Origin: Patescibacteria group bacterium
Lineage (GTDB): Bacteria; Patescibacteriota; Patescibacteriia; JAXHNJ01
DNA: 64,000 nucleotides
Direction of reading: 5' to 3'
Assembly: GCA_041649715.1 (NCBI GenBank)
Contig: JBAZMP010000001.1
Span: forward strand, 18,741 to 82,740
The notes under the pieces were generated by a model that saw only the letters and a list, made by a program, of their open reading frames with translations, searched no databases and was not told where the DNA came from. This document shows, in pieces, positions 38,641 to 49,859 of the stretch. A program made the position numbers and the translations under genes. How positions within the stretch are numbered: the first letter of the stretch is position 1; every line of letters begins with the position of its first letter.

Positions 38641-38994
38641 ATGGATTCGCGGAAAATCCAAGTTTATATGGCTAGAGTGTACCCGAAATCAGTTCACACG
38701 GAGAATTATAGAATTCTCTCAATTCCTGGACGGGATGACGTATATTTCGTCTTCCGCAAAGGTTGGGGCAATCGGTTATTCCTTGTTTGGGAATGCAACG
38801 GAAAGATTCATTGCAAGTTGCTCGGCGGCAATTCCAGCTGCCAAGTTATTCCGGAAGAAAAGACGCTGGCCATGAAGGATAATGTGGTTCAGCTCTACTG
38901 TGGCGTAATGAACTTCATTGGCGCGTCGCCTGGAGTGTTACTGAGATACAGACTTGGTAAAGTCGGCTACGCAAATCCGAAAGCCGTGTCATAA
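38641..38994 (+). CDS. hypothetical protein
   Basis: promoter TTGACA-17-TAAGGT (38559), purine-rich RBS, terminator at 39024. Confidence 0.6.
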   Translation: MDSRKIQVYMARVYPKSVHTENYRILSIPGRDDVYFVFRKGWGNRLFLVWECNGKIHCKLLGGNSSCQVIPEEKTLAMKDNVVQLYCGVMNFIGASPGVLLRYRLGKVGYANPKAVS

Positions 38995-39164
38995 TCTAGG
39001 AGGTCCCAGTTTAGTCGAGTAGTGGGGTTGCGATCAAAGTCGCAACCCCCTTTTTCTTTATATTTGAAAGTAGCCTTGACGTTTTAAGGTTCTTGTGTCA
39101 GTCTGATATCAAATTGGAGGAAGAAATTAAAGCACATTAAATGAAAAAACCAAGAGGTGTAATA

Positions 39165-39638
39165 ATGTTAAAAGTGATGACTGTTAGCTGGTTTGTCAGG
39201 CAGGACCAGATCTTGCTGGGCTTGAAGAAGCTCCGTTTAGGGGCCGGGCTTTATAACGGTTTCGGCGGACGAGTGGAGCCAGGCGAGACCATTGAACAAG
39301 CCGCCATTCGGGAGTTTGAGGAAGAAACCAAAGGGATGCAGGTTAAGAGGCAGGAAGAAATCGGCCGCGTGACGGTTCGATTTGAAGAGTCAGATTTGGT
39401 CGTTGAGCTTCATTTCTTTCTGGTGATTGAATGTTGTGGAGAGCCGGCGGAAAACGACGAAATGAAGCCCGAATGGTTTTCTCTCGAGGAGATCCCCTTT
39501 AATAGGATGTGGCCGACTGACCGTATATGTTTACCTTTGGCGATAAAAGGTTTGAAATTTACCGGCCATTTCTTGCTGAACAACCCAGACCAGAGAAAAG
39601 TGATCTCTAAAGAAATCACCGTTGTCGAATTTATTTAA
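39165..39638 (+). CDS. NUDIX hydrolase, 8-oxo-dGTPase (MTH1-like)
   Basis: LLGLKK..G.G.YNGFGGRVEPGETIEQAAIREFEEE Nudix box; EM.PEWF..IPF..MWP.D. Confidence 0.9.
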   Translation: MLKVMTVSWFVRQDQILLGLKKLRLGAGLYNGFGGRVEPGETIEQAAIREFEEETKGMQVKRQEEIGRVTVRFEESDLVVELHFFLVIECCGEPAENDEMKPEWFSLEEIPFNRMWPTDRICLPLAIKGLKFTGHFLLNNPDQRKVISKEITVVEFI

Positions 39639-39719
39639 CCCCTTAAGATTAATAGTCATTAAGGGGTTTTTCCTATCTAAAAAACGCCGGATATAATCCG
39701 ACGGTTTTTCAGGCGTGAG

Positions 39720-39800
39720 TGGGCAGTACAAGACTCGAACCTTTCTGACCTTTACGATGTCAATTCTTCGATGCGACTCAGAACAGGCTTCACGCTCTAA
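39720..39800 (-). pseudogene. partial tRNA-Val(GAC) copy with a ~28-nt palindromic-type insertion
   Basis: matches the 3' two-thirds of the 39948 tRNA; ttcttcgatgcgactcagaacaggcttc replaces part of the anticodon stem. Confidence 0.75.
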
Positions 39801-39811
39801 ATTTCTCTGAT

Positions 39812-39932
39812 TGGTGGGCGGCACAAGACTCGAACTTGTGACCTTTACGACCCGCCCGCCTTGACTGCCATCAAGGCAGTCGGGCGGGTGTCAACCCTTC
39901 GGCTTCGCCTCAGGGCAGGCTCTACGCTCCAA
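39812..39932 (-). pseudogene. partial tRNA-Val(GAC) copy with two insertions
   Basis: 3' half identical to the intact gene, plus CCA; 38-nt hairpin 39851-39888 at 37/38; second insert 39895-39923. Confidence 0.8.
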
Positions 39933-39947
39933 GTTTTTAGTCGTGAG

Positions 39948-40021
39948 TGGGCGGCACAAGACTCGAACTTGTGACCTTTACGATGTCAACGTAACGCTCT
40001 AACCAACTGAGCTAGCCGCCC
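39948..40021 (-). tRNA. tRNA-Val(GAC), CCA not encoded
   Basis: GGGCGGC..TTACG-TTGACAT-CGTAA..GTTCGAG..GCCGCCC-A. Confidence 0.95.
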
Positions 40022-40051
40022 ACTCGCAACTAAATATATTGTAAATTTTTA

Positions 40052-40127
40052 TGGTGCGCCTGGGGGGATTCGAACCACCGACCTTCCGCTTATAAGGCGG
40101 ATGCTCTAACCATTGAGCTACAGGCGC
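40052..40127 (-). tRNA. tRNA-Ile(UAU)
   Basis: GCGCCTG..TCCGC-CTTATAA-GCGGA..GTTCGAAT..CAGGCGC-A-CCA. Confidence 0.9.
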
Positions 40128-40193
40128 AGGCAAAAAAACAAGCTTTTTGTAAAATAAGCTTAGCAAAATTTTTTTATTTCTTCAAGTCTTGCT

Positions 40194-41141
40194 TTATTCT
40201 TCGGTACTTTCAACCCCGGGTTTTCTCCGGAAAAGCCGGATGATTTTGGCGATACCGCGCCCTTCGTTAAGGTCAACAAAGATATTGGTCCAGGCGCTGA
40301 ACTGAAAAGTGGCGATGACGGCGCTTACGAGAATGGTTATTACCGTGAAAATAGTGTAGCCGGCCGAAGTAAAGGGTAGATTGGCGAAACTTAAAACCGC
40401 TATGATAATGTAAAGCACAACAAAGCTCAACAGAAAAAGAATAATGGCGTTCTCAAAAGTAACCAGCCAATTTTTCCGGAAGAGAGAAAAGCTGCTTTTA
40501 ACCGCTTGTTTTACCCTTTGCCCCTTAAGAACGATGTAGGCGGAGGCATAGCGGAGGAGAAAAGAGACAAAAATATTAAAGGGGATATAAATCAAAAAAG
40601 CGAGCAGGCTGGCCAGCCCGAGCCACAAAAAATTGCCGGTTGTAATATAGACAAGAATTAGAGGAAGGCAGAACAACACCAGGAAACCATAGATGAAGAT
40701 CTTCGCCCAAAGGTTTAAAACAAAGATCGGCCAGAAAAACTTCGTGCCGAGAATAAAACCTTCGATAAAGGTAAATTTTTCCCCGCGGCGGAAACGGAAA
40801 GAGGCGCTGATCAGGGCGGTTTGGGAAACGGTAATGAGGTAGATAAAAATCGTCAAGATAACCAAACTGACCAGAAAGATCAGCAATGAGGAAGAAATAT
40901 AGGTGGTAAACATGGCGGACAGATTATGCCAGATCGTTGACCAAAAATCTTGCGGCATAGTTACTTTTAGATTTTGTAGGCCGTTTTCGAGGTCGGTGAT
41001 TTTGGCGAAATTATTAGTGATGATATCATATTCTCCGCCGCTGGAGGTCAGGGCGACAAAAACACCGAAAAACCACAGATATTTCAGGCGCCAGGTCGTC
41101 CGCCAGGCTGTTTTGAAGATAGTCCGATAAAAACCGTTCAT
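40194..41141 (-). CDS. multi-pass membrane protein of unknown function
   Basis: 315-aa ORF with about six TM segments; AWRTTWR.KYLWFFG N-terminus. Confidence 0.75.
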   Translation of the reverse strand: MNGFYRTIFKTAWRTTWRLKYLWFFGVFVALTSSGGEYDIITNNFAKITDLENGLQNLKVTMPQDFWSTIWHNLSAMFTTYISSSLLIFLVSLVILTIFIYLITVSQTALISASFRFRRGEKFTFIEGFILGTKFFWPIFVLNLWAKIFIYGFLVLFCLPLILVYITTGNFLWLGLASLLAFLIYIPFNIFVSFLLRYASAYIVLKGQRVKQAVKSSFSLFRKNWLVTFENAIILFLLSFVVLYIIIAVLSFANLPFTSAGYTIFTVITILVSAVIATFQFSAWTNIFVDLNEGRGIAKIIRLFRRKPGVESTEE

Positions 41142-41244
41142 TATTTTTATACCCCCCGAAATTTTAGTAGAGATAATTTATCTTAATATTATTAAATTAT
41201 AACAAGTCAAAGAAGTAAAGTAAAGAATTTGTGGCCGCCAAATC

Positions 41245-43059
41245 TTATTTCAAGATCGCCTCAAATTCTTCTCTTTCCAGGGTTTCTTTTTCCAGCAATA
41301 CTTTGACTATTTTTTCCAGGGCTGATTTTTTCCCCTGGATGATATCAGTCGCCCGTTTATAGGCGGCGCTGATAAATTTGCTGATCTCCAGGTCAATTTT
41401 TTCCGCCACTTTTTCCGAATAGTCCCTTTGTTCGTGGATTTCCCGGCCCAGGAAAATGAGCTCATCTTTTTCGCCGAAGGTGCGGGGGCCTAAAGCGTCG
41501 CTCATGCCGTATTGGGTGATGATCTGCCGGGCCAAGCGGGTGGCTTCTTTCAGGTCGTTGCTGGCGCCGGTCGTGACATCGTTGAAAATCTCTTTTTCGC
41601 AGGCAAAGCCGGCCAGAAGAACGGCCAAATTTTCCACGAATTCCGTTTTGGTGTAGAGATGTTTGTCTTCGGTCGGCATTTTCAGGGTATAGCCGGCGGC
41701 GCGCCCGCGTGAAATAATGGAAACTTTTTGCACGGGGTCGGAATGGGGCAGGGAGTGGTTTACCAGGGCGTGCCCCGCTTCGTGATAAGCGGTGATTTTC
41801 TTTTCATTGTCGCTGATAATGCGGCTTTTTCTTTCCGGCCCGAGCATTAATTTTTCGATCGAATCAAGGCAGTCGCTCTGGCCGATCTTCTTTTTGTTGT
41901 TCCGAGCCGCTAAAATCGCCGCTTCATTAAGGAGGTTGGCCAGGTCGGCGCCGGAGAAACCCGGGGTGCGTTCCGCCACCTTTCTCAAATTCACCGTTTC
42001 ATCAAAAGGCTTCAGCCGGGCATGGACTTTCAGGATCTCTTCTCTTTCGGCAATATCAGGGAGGTCCAGAATGACCCGCCGGTCAAAACGCCCCGGCCGC
42101 AATAAAGCGGGGTCTAGGATATCCGGCCGGTTGGTGGCGGCAATGATTATGACATTGGTATCGGTTTCAAAGCCGTCCATCTCCACCAATATTTGATTCA
42201 AGGTCTGTTCTCTTTCGTCGTGGGAACCGCCCAAGCCGGCCCCCCTTTGGCGGCCGACCGCGTCTATTTCATCGATGAAAAGGATGCAAGGGGCGTTTTT
42301 TTTCGCTTTACGGAAGAGATCGCGGACCCGGGAAGCGCCTACACCGACGAACATTTCCACGAATTCCGAACCGGAAATATTGAAAAATGGGACATTGGCT
42401 TCGCCCGCCACGGCTTTGGCAAGCAAGGTTTTGCCGGTGCCCGGCGCGCCAACCACTAAAACACCTTTGGGGATGCGGGCGCCGATGCTGATGAATTTTC
42501 GAGGATTTTTCAAAAAATCAATTATTTCTTCCAACTCCATTTTGGCTTCTTTGACCCCGGCCACGTCGCGGAAAGTCACTTTTTCCCGCTTGTCTTTCGG
42601 TCTTTGTTCCCGGGCGCCGCTTTGGCCGAAAGAAAGGGCCTTATTATTGGAGCCTTGGATCTGACGCATCGTGTACCAAATAAAACCGACGATCAGCAAA
42701 AAGGGAAGAAGGAAGGGCAGCAAACTGACCAGCCAGTAAGAAAGACCGCTATTGTCTTTTACCGTTACTTTTACTTTAGCGAGTTTTTCCGGTGTCACGC
42801 CGTAATTTTTCGCCAGCGTGCTCAGCGATTCCACGCCTTCTTTGCGGGTGGTTTCTTTAGTGTCGTTAATCAGGGTGATTTCCAGCTTTTCGCCGTTGAT
42901 CACGATGCTTTTCACCTCTTCTTTGTTTATCTGGTCAATCAGCCGGCTGATATCCACCTCCTCGGCTTTATTAAGGTCGGAGTTGAAAAGGCTTAAGATC
43001 GCGGCCAGGGCGACAAAAATGAAGAAAAAAATGATAAAGTTCTTAAATAAATTTTTCAT
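41245..43059 (-). CDS. ftsH: ATP-dependent zinc metalloprotease FtsH
   Basis: [50 protein letters not shown]. Confidence 0.98.
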   Translation of the reverse strand: MKNLFKNFIIFFFIFVALAAILSLFNSDLNKAEEVDISRLIDQINKEEVKSIVINGEKLEITLINDTKETTRKEGVESLSTLAKNYGVTPEKLAKVKVTVKDNSGLSYWLVSLLPFLLPFLLIVGFIWYTMRQIQGSNNKALSFGQSGAREQRPKDKREKVTFRDVAGVKEAKMELEEIIDFLKNPRKFISIGARIPKGVLVVGAPGTGKTLLAKAVAGEANVPFFNISGSEFVEMFVGVGASRVRDLFRKAKKNAPCILFIDEIDAVGRQRGAGLGGSHDEREQTLNQILVEMDGFETDTNVIIIAATNRPDILDPALLRPGRFDRRVILDLPDIAEREEILKVHARLKPFDETVNLRKVAERTPGFSGADLANLLNEAAILAARNNKKKIGQSDCLDSIEKLMLGPERKSRIISDNEKKITAYHEAGHALVNHSLPHSDPVQKVSIISRGRAAGYTLKMPTEDKHLYTKTEFVENLAVLLAGFACEKEIFNDVTTGASNDLKEATRLARQIITQYGMSDALGPRTFGEKDELIFLGREIHEQRDYSEKVAEKIDLEISKFISAAYKRATDIIQGKKSALEKIVKVLLEKETLEREEFEAILK

Positions 43060-43086
43060 AGTTGATGATATTTTGTGTTTAAGTGG

Positions 43087-44436
43087 TCAAATTTTTTCTT
43101 TTTTTGGCTTGGTCGTTTTTTTCTCCTCTTTTTCCGGATGATCGGCTTTTTTCGTTTTTTCACTTTTCTTTACTTTTTCTTTTTCAATATCTTTTTTTTC
43201 ATCTTTGCTTTTTTGCGCCGGTTTTTCCGCCGTCGGCAGGCTTTCCGGCTCCGATTTGCTTTTCGCGTCTTTGGCAACTTTTTCTTCTTCCGGCACCGGC
43301 TCTTTTTTAATATCTTTACTTTCCGAAATTTTAGCTTCTTTCGTAGTCGCTTTTAGAGAAAGACCCAATCGGTGGTTTTCCGGCTCTATGGAAAGAATTT
43401 TAAAGGAATATTTTTCCCCCTCCTTGATTATTTCCGAAGGATGGGCGATTTTTTTCTCCGAGAGCTCGGAAATGTGAACGAGTCCGTGGATAGCCTGGTC
43501 TAACTCGACAAAAGCGCCGAAAGGATTTATTTTTAATACTTTGCCGGAAGTCACCTGCCCGACCCGATATTTGTTAATGACATCTTTCCAGGGGTCATTT
43601 TGCAGTTGTTTAGTTGAAAGAGAAACTTTGGTGCCGTCGATACTGATGATCTTTGCCTTGATTTGATCGCCGACTTTTATTATTTCCCGCGGGTTGTCTA
43701 TCCTTTGCCAGGCGAGCTCCGAAATATGGACCAAACCCTCCAATCCCTCGCCGAATTCGATGAAAGCGCCGAAATCAACCACGCCCGTCACGCGGCCTGA
43801 AACGATATCGCCGGTTTTGTAGTTCGCCACCGCCGCTTTTTGCTGGTTTTCCCAGGCGGCTTTTTCCGAGACGATCAATTTATTGTCCGATTCGTCCAGG
43901 TCGATGATTTTGGCTTTCAATTTCTGGCCGATCAGTTTTTTGAGCATTTCCAAAATCTTGTTTTTGTCCCCGCCCTCCACTCGCGGGTAATGTTCCGGGA
44001 TCAGCTGGGAGACGGGGATAAAGCCGTCAACTTTCCCGACCTTGACCATCAGTCCGCCCCGGTTGGCCTCGGTCACCGGCACTTCAATTATATCGTTGCT
44101 GGCCAGCATTCTTTGCAGTTCGTTCCAGGCTTTTTGGTGGCCGGCGGAACGGAAAGAAAGCTCCAGTTCTCCATTTTCGTTTTCTATTTCCAAAACAGTG
44201 GCTTGGACTTCGTCGCCGATTTTTATAGTGGAAAATTCTCCGGATTCGTCGATCAATTCCCGGCCGCGGACAATACCCGTGACTATCCCGCCGATATCTA
44301 GGTGAACGGTGGAATTGGAGACAGAAATGACTTTTCCCTTGATCAAATCACCCACTTTTGGCAAAAGGGGTTGGTTTTTATCTTGCAGGAGTTTTTCCAT
44401 GGTGGAAAAATCCTGGTCCGTAATCTGTTGGTTCAT
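43087..44436 (-). CDS. rpsA: 30S ribosomal protein S1 (four S1 domains, Lys/Glu-rich tail)
   Basis: NRGGL, GFIPVSQ, FGAF....GLVHISEL repeats. Confidence 0.9.
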   Translation of the reverse strand: MNQQITDQDFSTMEKLLQDKNQPLLPKVGDLIKGKVISVSNSTVHLDIGGIVTGIVRGRELIDESGEFSTIKIGDEVQATVLEIENENGELELSFRSAGHQKAWNELQRMLASNDIIEVPVTEANRGGLMVKVGKVDGFIPVSQLIPEHYPRVEGGDKNKILEMLKKLIGQKLKAKIIDLDESDNKLIVSEKAAWENQQKAAVANYKTGDIVSGRVTGVVDFGAFIEFGEGLEGLVHISELAWQRIDNPREIIKVGDQIKAKIISIDGTKVSLSTKQLQNDPWKDVINKYRVGQVTSGKVLKINPFGAFVELDQAIHGLVHISELSEKKIAHPSEIIKEGEKYSFKILSIEPENHRLGLSLKATTKEAKISESKDIKKEPVPEEEKVAKDAKSKSEPESLPTAEKPAQKSKDEKKDIEKEKVKKSEKTKKADHPEKEEKKTTKPKKEKI

Positions 44437-44644
44437 ATTTAGTTTTATAGCCTACTTATGGTAAGTAAGCCCCCGGCTGACTGTTCTTGGTTAAAAACCG
44501 AGGTATTTAATTAATTAAGAACAGTACTGGTATTATAGGGCGGACCGGCATTTTTGGCAAGAAGGGGCGATTAGTCGGCATTTGACAGGAGTGTTATAAT
44601 AAGGGCAGAAAGCCGACGAATACATCTAATAATATTCATATTAT

Positions 44645-45619
44645 ATGGTGGCCACCCCTTATATAAAAAGGTTCACGTCAAAAAATCTAAAAGCCGCTAT
44701 CGGGAACATAGTGACGCCTAGTGGCGGGGGCGAATTAACAAAATATAAATTTGATAAGTTAATAAAAAATATCAAAAAGTCTGATCCCGCTGCCCTTGAA
44801 AAACATCAGGCAACGCTTAACAGCATCGCTAAAGGTCATACAAAATCATTTACCAGGGCCTACTCAAAGCAGTTTATGGAGGATTTTGCGAAGGCGGTTA
44901 GAAAGGCACCATCCGGTTATGTTCTGACAGAATCCGGTAAAAATTATCTGGGCAGGGGTATAGATAAATCTTTTAAGGCAGTGGCTGACAAGCCGGCGAT
45001 TGAAGAAAAAATGGGGATGGGCCCAACTCGCGAGGAACTAGCCGTCCAGAAAGCCCATGAGGCAAAAATAGAAAAATTGAGGGGACTAAAGGAAGCGGCG
45101 AGGCATAGGCTTAATGTATACTATCAAGCAGAAGCGATTAGAAAAGAACAAGGCGATCCGCTTGGGAATAGAACGAGTGAATCTTTGGTAGGGCCAGGAG
45201 CAACAGGGGAGAAACCCATGACGAGTATTTCGGAGATAGACAAAGATAAATCATCGGTCGGCCAATCTTCTTCAAAAAATCAGAATGGCAGTTCTCCGAA
45301 AAATTCCTCGGCTCACTTGGCCTCCGGCTCGTTCGGCGGCGCCGGCAGTTCTGTTCCGGCCGCACCGCTGGAGGGCGGTAATGCTTTTTACGGAGTGAGC
45401 GCGGGAGATCCGGGATCAGGTACCGGGGAAAAAACCAGCGACGGTCATATAAAAGACGAAAATCAGACTCCACCCGATGATAGCAAGCCCGCGGCCAGTG
45501 GCGATAAAGACCTGGCTGAAAAAGCGGACGAAGATAAATCAAAAGAAGCAGATAAAACCTCGCCAGAGCCGGAAAAATCTGAATCAAAGGAACCCCCTAC
45601 TTCCGGCCTGTTTGAATGA
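44645..45619 (+). CDS. hypothetical protein with low-complexity C-terminus
   Basis: 324-aa ORF; TTGACA/TATAAT-like elements upstream. Confidence 0.6.
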   Translation: MVATPYIKRFTSKNLKAAIGNIVTPSGGGELTKYKFDKLIKNIKKSDPAALEKHQATLNSIAKGHTKSFTRAYSKQFMEDFAKAVRKAPSGYVLTESGKNYLGRGIDKSFKAVADKPAIEEKMGMGPTREELAVQKAHEAKIEKLRGLKEAARHRLNVYYQAEAIRKEQGDPLGNRTSESLVGPGATGEKPMTSISEIDKDKSSVGQSSSKNQNGSSPKNSSAHLASGSFGGAGSSVPAAPLEGGNAFYGVSAGDPGSGTGEKTSDGHIKDENQTPPDDSKPAASGDKDLAEKADEDKSKEADKTSPEPEKSESKEPPTSGLFE

Positions 45620-45733
45620 ATAATTACAGAGATAAATTTGGCTAATGTAAGCCATTTTTTTATTAACAGAAAAACTTTACAGACCCGTTATTTTTTGTTA
45701 AAATACAAAGGTAAGAAAGCTAACTTTTTTTAT

Positions 45734-46369
45734 ATGCAGATACAATGGTTCGGTCTCTCGTATTATAAAATCCAGACCAAAGACGCAGTAATTCTGGTCA
45801 ATCCTTACGCCTCAAAATTCGGTTTGAAAACGCCGCATTTCAAAGCGGACATTCTTTTAATCAGTCAGGAAAATGAAGAGTATAATTATCGGCCGGCAGG
45901 CCTTTCTAATCCTTTTACGATTGACTCGCCCGGTGAGTTTGAACTAAAGGATGTTTTTGTGTATTCCGTCCCCTTCTATCCCGAGAATAAGAAGGAGTCG
46001 GAAAAAGGCCCGATAAACCAATTTTTGCTTGAAGCGGAGGGGATGACTCTGGCTTTTTTGGCGGGATTAAATTCGGTGCCGACCGAAGAACAGCTGGAAA
46101 GATTTGATGAAGTGGACGTGCTTTTTATACCGGTCGGCGGCAAGGAGGTTCTAGACGCCGCGGCGGCCAGTAAGGTAATTTCGGAAATCGAACCCCGCAT
46201 CGTTGTCCCCATGCATTATAAAACTCCCGGTTTGAAGCTGTCTTTAGCGGATGCAAATTTGTTTTGTCGGGAGATGGGTATTAAGGAATCAGAAAGTCTG
46301 GAAAAATTGAAAATATCGGCAAAAGATCTGCCGCAGGATGAAACCAAGGTTTTTCTTTTGAAACCTTAA
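45734..46369 (+). CDS. MBL-fold metallo-hydrolase-like protein (metal motif degenerate)
   Basis: MQIQWFG, ADILLIS, IDSPGEFE, VDVLFIPVGG, IEPRIVVPMHY. Confidence 0.8.
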   Translation: MQIQWFGLSYYKIQTKDAVILVNPYASKFGLKTPHFKADILLISQENEEYNYRPAGLSNPFTIDSPGEFELKDVFVYSVPFYPENKKESEKGPINQFLLEAEGMTLAFLAGLNSVPTEEQLERFDEVDVLFIPVGGKEVLDAAAASKVISEIEPRIVVPMHYKTPGLKLSLADANLFCREMGIKESESLEKLKISAKDLPQDETKVFLLKP

Positions 46370-46375
46370 AATTCT

Positions 46376-46789
46376 ATGCCCGCAAACCGCCAGGAAAAAT
46401 CCGTCCGCGTGAGGATCATAAAAAAACCGTTTTCCAGGAAGGACAAGGCGGCAAAAATTACCGGCGAACCGGCTCGCCGGTTCGAAAAAAAGCCGAGTCT
46501 GCCCGGGCTTGGGGAAACGGAATACCAGAAAAAGCGGCTGATCGTCGGCGTGAGCGTTAGTTTGATCATGCTGATTGTATTTCTGGTCTGGCTCTCGTTT
46601 GTTGGCCGCAATCTTTCAGGGGTCAGGGGGGAAAATGAAGGATTATGGCCCAAGATCACGGGCTACCTGAAAGAAAGTTATTCCGGCCTGAAGAACAGTT
46701 TTGAGGGTTTCCCCACTTCAGTCAATCAAAATTCCAATTCCGGCGAAGATACGGAACTGGAGAAAAGGATTTTTCCGGCGACAAATTAA
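46376..46789 (+). CDS. single-TM hypothetical protein
   Basis: 137-aa ORF in operon with one hydrophobic helix. Confidence 0.6.
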   Translation: MPANRQEKSVRVRIIKKPFSRKDKAAKITGEPARRFEKKPSLPGLGETEYQKKRLIVGVSVSLIMLIVFLVWLSFVGRNLSGVRGENEGLWPKITGYLKESYSGLKNSFEGFPTSVNQNSNSGEDTELEKRIFPATN

Positions 46790-46798
46790 TCATTACCT

Positions 46799-49342
46799 AT
46801 GCCTAAAAACAGGAAAAGAATCACTAAAAAATTTGTTCCCAGCCCAAGTCTTAAGGGCAAAGAAGCGGAGGTTTTGAAATCCGCGGAAAAAGGGGAGACC
46901 AATAATATCGGCCGCCTAGAAGCACGTTCGATCACAGACGAAATGGAAGAATCTTATTTGGACTATGCCATGTCGGTTATTATCTCGCGCGCCTTGCCGG
47001 ATGTGCGGGACGGCTTGAAGCCGGTCCACCGCCGGATTTTATACGGCATGTGGAAAATCGGTCTGACGGCGTCCGCGAAATACCGGAAATCCGCCACGGT
47101 CGTCGGCGAAGTTTTGGGTAAATATCATCCGCATGGCGATGTCGCCGTTTATGATTCTATGGTTAGGATGGCCCAAGATTTTTCCTTGCGCTACCCCCTA
47201 GTAAATGGCCAGGGCAACTTTGGTTCTTTGGACGGCGATGGCCCGGCGGCCATGCGCTATACCGAAGCCAAACTGGCCAGAATCGCGGAAGAATTGCTTC
47301 TTGACTTGGAAAAAAATACCGTGGATTTTGTCCCCAACTATGACGGGACTCATAAGGAACCGAAGGTTCTGCCGGCCCTGCTTCCCAATTTTTTGCTCAA
47401 TGGCACCGTCGGCATTGCGGTGGGAATGGCCACCAATGTTCCGCCGCATAACTTGGGAGAAGTGATTGACGGCATCGTTCATGTTATCGATCATCCTGAA
47501 GCGGATACCGAGGATTTGATGCAGTTCATCAAGGGTCCGGATTTTCCTACGGGCGGTCTGATCTATAACAGGGATGATATCAAACAGGCTTACGGCACGG
47601 GCCGGGGCGGCATTGTCATGCGGGCTAAGACGGAAATCGTTGAGGATAAAAACGGCGCCTACAAGATCATCATCAATGAGATACCCTATCAGGTGAACAA
47701 GGCCGTGCTGCTGGAAAAAATGGCGGATTTGGTCCGGGACAAAAAACTGGAAGGACTGAGGGATTTAAGGGACGAATCCGATAAAGACGGAGTGCGCATT
47801 GTCATCGAGCTAAAGAAAGAAGCTTACCCCAAGAAGGTTTTAAACAAACTTTTTTCCCTGACCCAATTGCAGGAAACTTTTCATGTTAACATGCTCGCGC
47901 TCGTTGATGGTTTGCAGCCGCGAGTTTTGAACCTGAAGATGGTTTTAGAGGAATACATCAAGCACCGTAAGGAGATCGTGACGCGCCGGACAGAGTTTGA
48001 ATTGGAGCAGGCCAAATTACGGGCCCATATTTTGGAAGGATTGAAAATCTGCCTGGCCAAGCTTGAAGCCGTCATTCGTCTGATAAAAAATTCCAAAGAT
48101 AAGGACCAGGCCAAGGTGAATTTAATGAAACGGTTCAAGCTATCGGAAATTCAGGCCAACGCCATCCTGGAAATGAAGCTCTCGCAATTATCAAATCTGG
48201 AGCGGCAGAAAATTTTAGACGAATTAAAGGAAAAACTGACCCTGATTAAAGAACTAAAGGGTATTCTAGCCTCCAAGGCGAAAATATTGGCGATCATAAA
48301 AAAAGAGCTGGCGGATTTAAGGCAGAAGTACGCCGATCCCAGAAAAACCGAAGTGGTGGCCAATCCCATCGGCAAGTTCACCCAGGAGGATTTAGTGCCG
48401 AACGAACCGGCCATTGTAATGATGACCCGTGACGGCTACATCAAGCGTTTAAGTCCGGAGACTTTCCGCACCCAAAGCCGCGGCGGCAAAGGGGTGATCG
48501 GCCTGACCACCAAAGAGGAAGATATCGTGGAAATGTTTTTGTCGACCACGACGCACGCGGATCTGTTGTTTTTCACCAGTCGCGGCAAGGTCTTTTCCTT
48601 GAAAGCCTATGATGTGCCGGCCGCTTCCCGCACGGCTAAGGGCCAGGCGGTCGTAAATTTCCTCCAGCTAGATTCCGCAGAGAAAGTTTCCGCCCTGCTG
48701 CCCCTGACCGAGCTTAAAGATTATAAATTTCTGGTGATGGTGACCCGCAACGGCGTGATCAAAAAAGTGGACATAAAGTTGTTTGAAGATATCAGGCGTT
48801 CCGGCCTCATCGCCGTCAAATTGAAAGAAAACGATGAGTTGAACTGGGTCAAGCCTTCAAACGGCCAGAGCGAAATAATCCTGGCCACCGCAGAAGGCCA
48901 GGCGATCCGGTTTAAGGAAAAAGACGTCCGGCCGATGGGGCGCGGGGCGGCCGGCGTCCGGGCCATTCGGCTAAAAGGCAAGGATATCGTGGCCGGCATG
49001 GATATCATCGATCTGGGGGAAGATACTTCTATTTTGCAGCTGGCGGTGGTCATGCAAAACGGTTTCGGCAAAAGAACAGGGGTGAAAAGCTATAAAGTTC
49101 AGCATCGCGGCGGCAGCGGTGTTAAAACAGCGAAGATAACTCCGAAGACCGGCCGCATCATCTCCGGCTTTATCGTCAATCAAAAGCTGGAAAAAGAAGA
49201 TCTGATCATCATCTCCCGCAAAGGCCAGGTCATCCGATTGCCCTTAAAAAGCGTTTCTGTTTTAGGACGGGCCACTCAGGGCGTGAGGCTGATGCGTTTT
49301 TCCGAAAAGGATGACGCGGTTGCTTCCGTTACATTTATTTAA
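46799..49342 (+). CDS. gyrA: DNA gyrase subunit A
   Basis: [36 protein letters not shown], GyrA-box QSRGGKG. Confidence 0.98.
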   Translation: MPKNRKRITKKFVPSPSLKGKEAEVLKSAEKGETNNIGRLEARSITDEMEESYLDYAMSVIISRALPDVRDGLKPVHRRILYGMWKIGLTASAKYRKSATVVGEVLGKYHPHGDVAVYDSMVRMAQDFSLRYPLVNGQGNFGSLDGDGPAAMRYTEAKLARIAEELLLDLEKNTVDFVPNYDGTHKEPKVLPALLPNFLLNGTVGIAVGMATNVPPHNLGEVIDGIVHVIDHPEADTEDLMQFIKGPDFPTGGLIYNRDDIKQAYGTGRGGIVMRAKTEIVEDKNGAYKIIINEIPYQVNKAVLLEKMADLVRDKKLEGLRDLRDESDKDGVRIVIELKKEAYPKKVLNKLFSLTQLQETFHVNMLALVDGLQPRVLNLKMVLEEYIKHRKEIVTRRTEFELEQAKLRAHILEGLKICLAKLEAVIRLIKNSKDKDQAKVNLMKRFKLSEIQANAILEMKLSQLSNLERQKILDELKEKLTLIKELKGILASKAKILAIIKKELADLRQKYADPRKTEVVANPIGKFTQEDLVPNEPAIVMMTRDGYIKRLSPETFRTQSRGGKGVIGLTTKEEDIVEMFLSTTTHADLLFFTSRGKVFSLKAYDVPAASRTAKGQAVVNFLQLDSAEKVSALLPLTELKDYKFLVMVTRNGVIKKVDIKLFEDIRRSGLIAVKLKENDELNWVKPSNGQSEIILATAEGQAIRFKEKDVRPMGRGAAGVRAIRLKGKDIVAGMDIIDLGEDTSILQLAVVMQNGFGKRTGVKSYKVQHRGGSGVKTAKITPKTGRIISGFIVNQKLEKEDLIIISRKGQVIRLPLKSVSVLGRATQGVRLMRFSEKDDAVASVTFI

Positions 49343-49364
49343 CAACTAACATCAATATTATTTT

Positions 49365-49643
49365 ATGTCAGTTCCCTCCAAAAGAAGACCAAGAAGTGAA
49401 GCCGGCGGGCGCGCGTTTCACCTGCGTTTGAAAAAAAGAATGTTGATAGCCTGTTCCCATTGTAAAAAGGAGATACCGACGCACCGGGTCTGTCCTTTCT
49501 GCGGCTATTACAAGGGAAGAGAAGTTATTCACATCAAATTAAAAAAGGAAAAAGGCAAAAAGCATAAAGAGAAGGCTGACCAGAATGAAAAAGTCCCAGC
49601 CAAAGAAAATAAGCCGGAAAAAAAGTCCAAAGAAAAAAAATAA
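49365..49643 (+). CDS. rpmF: 50S ribosomal protein L32 with Lys-rich extension
   Basis: MSVP.KR, CxxC..HRVCxxCGYYKGR. Confidence 0.9.
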   Translation: MSVPSKRRPRSEAGGRAFHLRLKKRMLIACSHCKKEIPTHRVCPFCGYYKGREVIHIKLKKEKGKKHKEKADQNEKVPAKENKPEKKSKEKK

Positions 49644-49859
49644 TACACAAATCCGGCTGAACCCGTAATATCCTTTTTTATAAATACACCAGTACTTTTT
49701 CGGACTGGCGGCAGTTTTATTTTAGCCGAGAGCCAGCTAAATATGGTAGATTGCTTATATCATCCGTTCTATTTTTCATTTTCTTCTGTTTATTGCCGAC
49801 TTGAAAATATTTCTCCGATATTATATCCTAAAAGCAGGGTCAAATATTTTTTTAAACCT

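Noticed and set aside
49650-49800. Hairpins between rpmF and nusB as a riboswitch or ncRNA
   Set aside because: Two short stems but no recognisable family motif and no clean promoter/terminator pair.
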